Assembly: GCA_046160245.1 (NCBI GenBank)
Contig: JBJXGU010000267.1
Location: forward strand, 1 to 46,495
Source of the DNA: Bacteroidia bacterium
GTDB lineage: Bacteria > Bacteroidota > Bacteroidia > AKYH767-A > OLB10
Length of the DNA: 46,495 nucleotides
Direction of reading: 5' to 3'
Shown: piece after piece, positions 1 through 6,436 of the stretch
Position numbering within the stretch: position 1 is the stretch's first letter
Layout: each line of letters begins with the position of its first letter
Made by a program: the position numbers and the translations under genes
Notes under the pieces: generated by a model
What the model saw: the letters and a program-made list of their open reading frames with translations, nothing else
What the model was told of the DNA's origin: nothing
Database searches by the model: none

Positions 1-32
1 TAGCTTGTAGCTTGTAGCTTGTAGCTTGTAGC
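1..32. repeat. Heptanucleotide tandem repeat (TAGCTTG) x about 4.5, cut by the window edge
   Basis: Direct reading: tagcttg tagcttg tagcttg tagcttg tagc, perfect copies. It may extend beyond position 1. Confidence 0.9.
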
Positions 33-69
33 AAAAAGAAACCCCGAATTTTTTACATCCAAGGTTTCT
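33..69 (-). terminator. Candidate Rho-independent terminator downstream of the acyl-CoA dehydrogenase gene
   Basis: 7-bp stem agaaacc (37-43) / ggtttct (63-69). On the minus strand it is followed by a T-run (A-run 33-37 on plus). The loop is long (19 nt), so the call is moderate. Confidence 0.45.
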
Positions 70-118
70 ATTATTACTTGTATTTTAATTTTACTTTTCT
101 ACCATCAGCAGGAAAAAA

Positions 119-1297
119 TTAATTGAAAGCATTGAATCCGGTTACATCCATACCCGTAATTAATAAATGGATATCATGCGTTCCTTCGTAGGTAATCACA
201 CTTTCTAAATTCATCATGTGACGCATAATTGGATATTCACCACTGATGCCCATACCGCCTAACATTTGTCGTGCTTCACGTGCAATTTGTAATGCCATGT
301 TTACATTGTTTCGCTTAGCCATGCTTATTTGTCCGGGAGTTGCACGGTTTTCGTTTTTCAAAACGCCAAGTCTCCACGTCAATAATTGCGCTTTAGTAAT
401 CTCGGTGATCATCTCTGCTAATTTTTTCTGTTGCAATTGAAATGCACCAATGGGTTTTCCAAATTGAATTCGCTCTTGAGAATAACGAAGAGCGGTATCG
501 TAACAATCCATGGCAGCACCAATCGCTCCCCATGCAATGCCGTAACGAGCAGAATTTAAACATCCCAACGGACCTTTTAATCCTTTTACATTTGGGAAAA
601 TATTTGCTTTGGGAACTTTTACATTATCGAAAACTAATTCGCCAGTAGCACTTGCACGCAACGACCATTTGTTATGCGTTTCAGGAGTAGTAAATCCTTC
701 CATTCCACGCTCTACCACCATTCCGCGAATGATACCTTCTTCGTCTTTTCCCCACACCACAGCGATGTCAGCAAAAGGAGCATTGCTGATCCACATCTTC
801 GCACCATTCAAAATAAAATGATCGCCTGCATCTTTGATGTTGGTAGTCATGCCCGACGGATTAGATCCATGATCCGGCTCTGTTAATCCAAAGCAACCCA
901 TCATTTCACCAGTAGCAAGCTTAGGTAAATATTTTTTACGCTGCTCTTCCGATCCGTATGTGTAGATGGGATACATCACAAGTGAACTTTGCACTGAAGC
1001 CGTTGAACGCACTCCCGAATCACCACGCTCAATTTCTTGCATAATGAGTCCGTAAGAGATTTGATCCATGCCGCCACCGCCGTATTCTGCAGGAATGTAC
1101 GGACCAAAGGCACCGATGCCCGCCAATCCTTTTATAATTTGAGTTGGAAACTCAGCGCGCTGAGCATAATCTTCAATAATTGGAGACACATCGCGCTTTA
1201 CCCATTCACGAACGGAGTCGCGCACAAGGCGATGTTCTTCGGTAAGTAGCTCATCCATGAGGTAATAATCATGGCCCTGGAAACGATCTTTTGACAT
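119..1297 (-). CDS. gcdH: Acyl-CoA dehydrogenase, glutaryl-CoA dehydrogenase type
   Basis: 392-aa ORF with ACAD hallmarks along its full length (GCFGLTEPDHGSNP, SVQSSLVMYPI, YEGTHDIHLLITG). The pattern resembles GCDH-type enzymes. Family recognised by eye. Confidence 0.88.
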   Translation of the reverse strand: MSKDRFQGHDYYLMDELLTEEHRLVRDSVREWVKRDVSPIIEDYAQRAEFPTQIIKGLAGIGAFGPYIPAEYGGGGMDQISYGLIMQEIERGDSGVRSTASVQSSLVMYPIYTYGSEEQRKKYLPKLATGEMMGCFGLTEPDHGSNPSGMTTNIKDAGDHFILNGAKMWISNAPFADIAVVWGKDEEGIIRGMVVERGMEGFTTPETHNKWSLRASATGELVFDNVKVPKANIFPNVKGLKGPLGCLNSARYGIAWGAIGAAMDCYDTALRYSQERIQFGKPIGAFQLQQKKLAEMITEITKAQLLTWRLGVLKNENRATPGQISMAKRNNVNMALQIAREARQMLGGMGISGEYPIMRHMMNLESVITYEGTHDIHLLITGMDVTGFNAFN

Positions 1298-1358
1298 AAT
1301 ACAGTTTTGCTTTTTCCCTTTTGATGGGATTCTTGTTGGGTCGCAAAAATAACAAAAA

Positions 1359-1386
1359 CGAAGCTTAGAATGGGTTCAAAGCTTCG
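1359..1386 (-). terminator. Stem-loop with a trailing T-run on the minus strand, a possible second terminator or 5' UTR structure
   Basis: 8-bp stem cgaagctt (1359-1366) / aagcttcg (1379-1386). The minus strand continues tttttgttattttt. It lies between small-protein paralog 1 and gcdH. Confidence 0.35.
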
Positions 1387-1608
1387 GTAGTATTGATTAT
1401 CTGTGAGATGAAGTTTTTGACGCTCTCATTTTATACCCATTCCGAGTATGTTTTAGTTCAAAGTTGCGGGTTATATTGTTACCAGGACAATTTTAATAGC
1501 CGTTTAACAGCATTCTTTTATTGAATTATTTCTAAAAAATAGTAATGAAAAGTGACTTGGTGATGGGACTAAAATATATTTAGAGTTAGCAATAAATGAC
1601 GAATCAAT

Positions 1609-1628
1609 AAAAAGGCCTTACGGGGCCT
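1609..1628 (-). terminator. Rho-independent terminator after small-protein paralog 1
   Basis: The minus strand reads aggccccgtaaggcc followed by ttttt, starting 17 nt after the stop codon. A 20-nt identical copy lies at 2142-2161. Confidence 0.6.
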
Positions 1629-1644
1629 TTGAAAAAGGCATAGT

Positions 1645-2067
1645 TTACTCCATTAAACAAATAATCGAAATAAAATCATCAGAAATGAGAATGGGACAAT
1701 AGCCAGACTTAAGTATTACTTCGTCTCTTAATCCAAGTTTTCTGCTTACATCTACTGGCAACACCGTTCCTTCAGCAATTGGAAATTGTGTGAGTCGAAG
1801 TAATTCTTTTTCCAAATTTTCATGTAAAGTGTTTCTGTTGATGTGAATTTGAATTCTTTGTTCTTCCAAAGTTATTCCGGCATCAACAGTGCGAAAATTG
1901 AATTTCGGTGGAACAAAGCAAAGCCCAAGCCCACTTTCGCAGTCATTGGCATACGATGCAATATCGAAATGAAAGGTCCATGTGAAATTAAATTTTTCTA
2001 CTTGTGCAGAACTTGTTTTTGTGATTCCAACTAGAATCAACATGAGTAATAGGATGTTTTTTTTCAT
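1645..2067 (-). CDS. Small secreted CxGxGxC-motif protein, paralog 1 (unknown family)
   Basis: 140 aa with a signal peptide (MKKNILLLMLILVGITKTSSAQ). It carries the CESGLGLC motif and the C-terminal block YCPILISDDFISIICLME shared with paralogs 2 and 3. Confidence 0.75.
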   Translation of the reverse strand: MKKNILLLMLILVGITKTSSAQVEKFNFTWTFHFDIASYANDCESGLGLCFVPPKFNFRTVDAGITLEEQRIQIHINRNTLHENLEKELLRLTQFPIAEGTVLPVDVSRKLGLRDEVILKSGYCPILISDDFISIICLME

Positions 2068-2141
2068 GAATTAATTTTTAAGAATGGTTAGCAAAATAAT
2101 TTCCTAAAAAATATTATTAATTTTTGTCGAATTAATTTTAC

Positions 2142-2161
2142 AAAAAGGCCTTACGGGGCCT
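2142..2161 (-). terminator. Rho-independent terminator after small-protein paralog 2
   Basis: Same 20-nt sequence (aaaaaggccttacggggcct on plus) as at 1609-1628, placed 10 nt after the stop codon. Confidence 0.6.
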
Positions 2162-2170
2162 GAGTACAAT

Positions 2171-2587
2171 TTATTCAATTGCACAAGTAATGGTAATGTA
2201 ATCATCAGAAATTTGGATGGGATAGCGCCCCGGAATGATGGTGACTTCTCTTGTCAATCCAATTTTATTTGTAATATCCATTGGAAGTGTCGTTTCTTCT
2301 TCAATGTTGAATTGAAGAAGGTGAAGCAGTTCATTTTCTAAAGATTCATTCATCGTGCTTCTGAGTAAATGAAATTGAATTTGATTATCTGTAGATGTGA
2401 CTGTGGCATCCACTTGTCTTTTGTTGGCTACGTTAAACGTTATGCAAATTCCTAATCCTCCATCACAATCTCTTTGGGGAGATGCAATCGTTAATTTGTA
2501 AGTGATTTTGGATCTATCTGCTTGTGCAACACATGTAAGAGAGAAGCTAAGCAGAAAAAGGAGTTGTAGTAAAATGTTTTTTTTCAT
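2171..2587 (-). CDS. Small secreted CxGxGxC-motif protein, paralog 2
   Basis: 138 aa with a signal peptide (MKKNILLQLLFLLSFSLTCVAQ). It has the CDGGLGIC motif and the C-terminus RYPIQISDDYITITCAIE. Confidence 0.75.
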   Translation of the reverse strand: MKKNILLQLLFLLSFSLTCVAQADRSKITYKLTIASPQRDCDGGLGICITFNVANKRQVDATVTSTDNQIQFHLLRSTMNESLENELLHLLQFNIEEETTLPMDITNKIGLTREVTIIPGRYPIQISDDYITITCAIE

Positions 2588-2716
2588 AAGATGGGTTTTT
2601 TTAAATGAATGATGAATTCGTTATTTTAAATAGTATAATCGTTAATCTGGGTTTTTAATGAATAAATTATAAAGGAAGTGGACTTGCAATATTTTTAAAA
2701 AAAACCTAGTTTTAAA

Positions 2717-3139
2717 TTATTTGAAGTCACAGGTTATTGTAATAAAGTTGTCGTGAATTTCAATTGGATAATAGCCAGGAATTATTTCTATTGAAGTATT
2801 CTGCCTAAGATAACGAGTAATATCCATTGGCAAAATAGTCTCCACATCAATAGAAAATCTACTTTTTTGCATTAACTCACGCTCTAGTTCTTCGCTCATT
2901 GATGCTCTTTGAAGGTTGAATTGAATCTGTTTTTCTAATAGAGTTATTTCCGCTTCTACGTTTCGTCTGGAGAACCCTAGCAATTCAAAGCAGATTCCTG
3001 AGCCACTTTCACAGAAAGTAAGTGCAGAAGTCAGTCTAAAATAAAAATATCTTATAGGCTTTGTATTCTTAGATATTGCTTCATGCGATATCAAAATGCT
3101 AAGCAGAAAAAGGAGTTGTAGTAAAATGTTTTTTTTCAT
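2717..3139 (-). CDS. Small secreted CxGxGxC-motif protein, paralog 3
   Basis: 140 aa. The first 14 residues are identical to paralog 2. It has the CESGSGIC motif and the C-terminus YYPIEIHDNFITITCDFK. Confidence 0.75.
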   Translation of the reverse strand: MKKNILLQLLFLLSILISHEAISKNTKPIRYFYFRLTSALTFCESGSGICFELLGFSRRNVEAEITLLEKQIQFNLQRASMSEELERELMQKSRFSIDVETILPMDITRYLRQNTSIEIIPGYYPIEIHDNFITITCDFK

Positions 3140-3180
3140 GAGATGGGTTTTAAAGGTTTATATTTATTTTATGTTTTAAT

Positions 3181-3828
3181 TTATTTAAGTTCCATTTCTG
3201 ACTGAGCAAAAATGTTGTCGTTGTTGATGTAAATGATGCGATAGGGCTCATTGCATTTTTGCAAATTTTCTATTACAAGTTTATGGAGTCGTTTTGTTTC
3301 GCGTATCATGAATCGATTCCAGATAAATACAACCGTGTATGGCTCGTTTTTTCCAACTTTTTGTTTCTCATGATTTTTAAAGGCCTTCGCATGGTTAATT
3401 AATCTGTCGAAACTTAAAAGTGTATCTAAAGGTGCTGCAGTCTTTGGAGGAAAAGTTGCAAAGTTATTGTCAATATTCCAGTTTAACTTTGGATATCCAG
3501 GTGCATAGCAATTAATAAACCAGGCCTCTTGAAATTGATTGTGCCCATAATAAATGGCTTGAATGGATTGATAGTGATTTTTCTTTTCTTTACGGAAATG
3601 AAGAGTATCTTTTATATCCAAGAAATGAACGTAATTGGTATCAATCAAGTAGGCAAGATCTGCAGGCGCTTTCAGTTTTCTCAAGTAACGAGTATGAAGT
3701 TTTTCATCCATTACTTTAGGGTCTCTAATACCCATTTTTAATTTTATGAGCGTTATGCAACTACTTTGTGAAAGCATGGCTATTCCAAAGAACAAGTACA
3801 GAATATTTATTTTTAATTTTCTTTGCAT
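3181..3828 (-). CDS. Hypothetical lipoprotein embedded in the small-protein cluster
   Basis: 215-aa ORF with a hydrophobic leader ending in a lipobox-like AMLSQSSC. I recognise no family. Confidence 0.6.
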   Translation of the reverse strand: MQRKLKINILYLFFGIAMLSQSSCITLIKLKMGIRDPKVMDEKLHTRYLRKLKAPADLAYLIDTNYVHFLDIKDTLHFRKEKKNHYQSIQAIYYGHNQFQEAWFINCYAPGYPKLNWNIDNNFATFPPKTAAPLDTLLSFDRLINHAKAFKNHEKQKVGKNEPYTVVFIWNRFMIRETKRLHKLVIENLQKCNEPYRIIYINNDNIFAQSEMELK

Positions 3829-3844
3829 AAGTTTTTTTTTAAGA

Positions 3845-3874
3845 AGCCGGTAAGTGGTTCAATGCTTACCGGCT
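3845..3874 (-). terminator. Strong intergenic stem-loop between paralog 4 and the lipoprotein gene (possible terminator or processing site)
   Basis: Perfect 10-bp stem agccggtaag / cttaccggct with a 10-nt loop. On the minus strand it is followed only by ttctt and then an A-run, so it is not a canonical terminator. Confidence 0.4.
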
Positions 3875-3885
3875 CAGGGTTATTG

Positions 3886-4335
3886 TTATTGGAAGATGGC
3901 ATTAAGCATTACCGTTCCCAAACGATTTCTCGTTTTATCGAGACGGTATTCGCCTTTGCGAATGGTGATTTTACTAAATCCTAATTCTTCGGATATTTCT
4001 TGTGGAAGAGTTTTGTCTTCGTATACATAAAAAATATTTTCGTTTTCTTCTGCTGGTGAGGTGTCGTTTATGATGTTCAGTTGAAGTTGACCTCGGACAG
4101 CTTGCACCTCTGCAATTCCTTCGCCAGTTTCCACCGTTTTTGTTCTGCCATGGAAGCGAATGCAAAGTCCTTTTTCTCCATCACAGCCATCTCCTGTAGC
4201 AGCTGGCTTTGATCGCGTGCCGAATACGAAACGAATTTTCTCGGCATTTTGTGCGTATGATTCAAGTGAAAGAAGGGCAAAGATTCCAAGGATGAAAATT
4301 ATTTTTTTAAAGTTGATAGATATAAGTGTTTTCAT
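3886..4335 (-). CDS. Small secreted CxGxGxC-motif protein, divergent paralog 4
   Basis: 149 aa with a signal peptide (…LLSLESYAQ) and the CDGEKGLC motif at an equivalent position. It shares KTLPQEI (compare T.LP.DI) and GEY (compare G.YP) but lacks the C-terminal Cys block. Confidence 0.65.
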   Translation of the reverse strand: MKTLISINFKKIIFILGIFALLSLESYAQNAEKIRFVFGTRSKPAATGDGCDGEKGLCIRFHGRTKTVETGEGIAEVQAVRGQLQLNIINDTSPAEENENIFYVYEDKTLPQEISEELGFSKITIRKGEYRLDKTRNRLGTVMLNAIFQ

Positions 4336-4750
4336 AAGTGTTTTTTATTTTTTAAAGGTTTTTATAGAAAAATTTATTGTGAAACGTTTAGGCACGTCGG
4401 AGCCGATTCATAATGCTGTCATGACAGATTATAAAGCAATGCAGAAGTATCAGGTGCATTGCACCTAATACCTTCTTGCTAATACAGTATTCATTTTTTT
4501 GAGCATCTTTGGCAGTTTTTACATAAGGGTTTAGTTGTCCCTGCCGTTGTCGCTATTCGCTATCTATAAAAATTCTCTCTTCACAAAATGCTTAATTCGA
4601 AAACAAATGTAGACTAAGTATCTGACTTTCCAAATTTATTTCATCAAAGAAATGAACATGTAATTGTTAATTGGTTAATCAATGTTATTTTTCAAATATT
4701 ATTTTAAAGGCGAGGGACTTAAAAAAAGAAAAATTTCTCAAGTGCACTTT

Positions 4751-4970
4751 TGTGACCTCTTGTGCCTCTAGTGTTTTAAAAAACCATTCTAATTATTGAA
4801 ATTAGTGTTACTCGAAATGAATACAGATTATATCCAAATTAATGACCTAGCCTCTCCCCTCGCGAGGCTTCGCGACCTCTCCAGAGGCGAGGAGTTAAAG
4901 AAAGATAAAGTTTCTATAGTGACCTTTAGTGCTCTCTTGTGACCTCTAGTGCCTGCCTGCTGCAGGCAGG
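4751..4970. repeat. Cluster of GC-rich short direct repeats and palindromes in an AT-rich 670-bp intergenic region
   Basis: gtgacctcttgtgcct (4751-4766), gtgacctttagtgctct (4919-4935) and gtgacctctagtgcct (4939-4954). The palindrome tcgcgaggcttcgcga lies at 4860-4875. A 19-nt near-perfect palindrome cctgcctgc-t-gcaggcagg lies at 4952-4970. Confidence 0.7.
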
Positions 4971-5008
4971 TTAAAAAAAGTTATATGATAAAGGAATTCA
5001 TCATCCAA

Positions 5009-5641
5009 CTACAATTTCTTTGCAATTAGTATAGTGTGCAACTCTTGTTTTGAATTCGCATCTCCATAGTTGACATGCAACATTTGTGGAGCTTCAAATC
5101 CAGCATCCATAATTCCTTTTGTTAGCACATTCAATTCATGAAAATAAAAATACGTGCGATCACCCGTGCTAGCAGCAAGAAACCCCGATAGTGTTGGATC
5201 CCCTTCTACAAAACTTATATAAAGAATTCCGTTGTTGTTTAAGAGTGCAGATGCATCAATAATGAATTGAATACTTTCTTCGCTTGATAAATATGGTAAA
5301 CAAAATCCAGCAATAATTCCATCAAAGGATTTGTTTAATTTCAAAATATCGCGAGCATCCATCACTTCAAATTGTGCTGTCGGGTTATTTTTTTGAGCCA
5401 ACATGATCATCGACTCGGAAAAATCAATTCCATACATTGAAAAGTCATTTCGTAATGTCAGCAATTGTTTGGAGATATTTCCTGGACCACAGCCTATCTC
5501 TAAAACGGAGGCCTTCGACTTTTCAATGGCAGCACAAAATAAAACATAGCTTTCATTATACATTTCCAAGTCCATAAATTTTTCCTGATAAAGTTGTGCA
5601 ACTTTATTCCAAGTGTTAAGCGTTTCTTGGTGCGGATTCAT
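5009..5641 (-). CDS. Class I SAM-dependent methyltransferase
   Basis: 210 aa with motif I VLEIGCGPGNIS and the post-I acidic residue (YGIDFSESM). The size is typical of small-molecule methyltransferases. Confidence 0.8.
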   Translation of the reverse strand: MNPHQETLNTWNKVAQLYQEKFMDLEMYNESYVLFCAAIEKSKASVLEIGCGPGNISKQLLTLRNDFSMYGIDFSESMIMLAQKNNPTAQFEVMDARDILKLNKSFDGIIAGFCLPYLSSEESIQFIIDASALLNNNGILYISFVEGDPTLSGFLAASTGDRTYFYFHELNVLTKGIMDAGFEAPQMLHVNYGDANSKQELHTILIAKKL

Positions 5642-6019
5642 AGTGAACGAATTTTACAATGGAAGAATTTGGAAATAAATATATGAACTTATTCCTTTTT
5701 GTACTTTACAACTTGTGGTACTTTAGAAAAGTATTGGAAATAATTTATTCATGTTTAAAGGCCATCTCTTTTATAACTGGTAACAACCGGACTCAATCTT
5801 CCCAAAATTTATTTTTACGATTTTTTGGCCTTTATTTCATTTGTGAACGATGTTAGCTTGGTTTTAATGAAAATATTAGGTGATTGATTTACTTTCAGCC
5901 GGCCACGAACAAAAGGTCTGACTTTATGATTCATCATTGATAATGCCTATTTATTACGCATATAACTATTATTTCTAGCTTTTTTAGACTTTTTAACTTA
6001 AAACGCATATATTTGACAC

Positions 6020-6340
6020 GTGAAAGTTTTAACTCTTATATTCAGTTTTTACTTGTTGGCCATGGCTGTAAGGCCTTGCAGTGACATAAAGGACTGTGAT
6101 TTTCAGGATGTTAAGAGAGATATTTACACCACCTCCGAGCATTCTGATCATGAAAGTGGCAATGAAAATTGCTCCCCTTTTTGCATTTGTGCCTGTTGTG
6201 GACAATCTATTACCAATATTTTTTATCCCTCTACGATTTACAGACTTAAACCTGTTGTAGAAGAGATTTTTCCTATTTACTATACTTCTTTTTTTTCAGA
6301 AGTTTATTTGTCTATTTGGCAACCGCCAAAAATTAGTTAA
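6020..6340 (+). CDS. DUF6660-like Cys-rich small membrane protein (GTG start)
   Basis: 106 aa with an N-terminal hydrophobic segment ending ...AVRPCSD and a central NCSPFCICACCGQ. This matches my recollection of the small family found upstream of Bacteroidota czcA genes. Confidence 0.65.
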   Translation: MKVLTLIFSFYLLAMAVRPCSDIKDCDFQDVKRDIYTTSEHSDHESGNENCSPFCICACCGQSITNIFYPSTIYRLKPVVEEIFPIYYTSFFSEVYLSIWQPPKIS

Positions 6341-6436
6341 TGAATCTATAGTGTTCTGCTAATTCAGAACGAACCTACTTGCTGTATATACACACAGTAA
6401 GAAGAACTGTATTTATTCATTAAAATTATTAATAGA

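Noticed and set aside
3181-3828. Weak resemblance of the 215-aa lipoprotein (VVFIWNRFMIRETKRLHKLV...IIYINNDN) to a thioredoxin/TlpA-like fold lacking CxxC.
   Set aside because: The alignment is by eye only and ambiguous, since an alternative register places WFINCYAPG at the active-site position. This is not strong enough to assert, so I left the gene as hypothetical.
4160-4468. 102-aa plus-strand ORF overlapping paralog 4, and the nested minus-strand ORFs 3974-4165 and 4077-4289.
   Set aside because: They overlap a gene supported by a signal peptide and paralog similarity. Their sequences are low-complexity, and they are most likely spurious.
5659-5856. 65-aa ORF in the methyltransferase/DUF6660 intergenic region. 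Also the ORFs at 43632-43814 and 43966-44163.
   Set aside because: They are short, with no signal, motif or paralog support. The ORF at 43966-44163 is out of frame within the SRPBCC pseudogene.
6008-6015. TATATTTG, which matches the Bacteroidota -7 promoter consensus TAnnTTTG, upstream of the DUF6660-like gene.
   Set aside because: It ends only 4 nt before the GTG start, and I see no TTG -33 element at the right distance. It would imply a leaderless transcript, and there is not enough support to annotate it.
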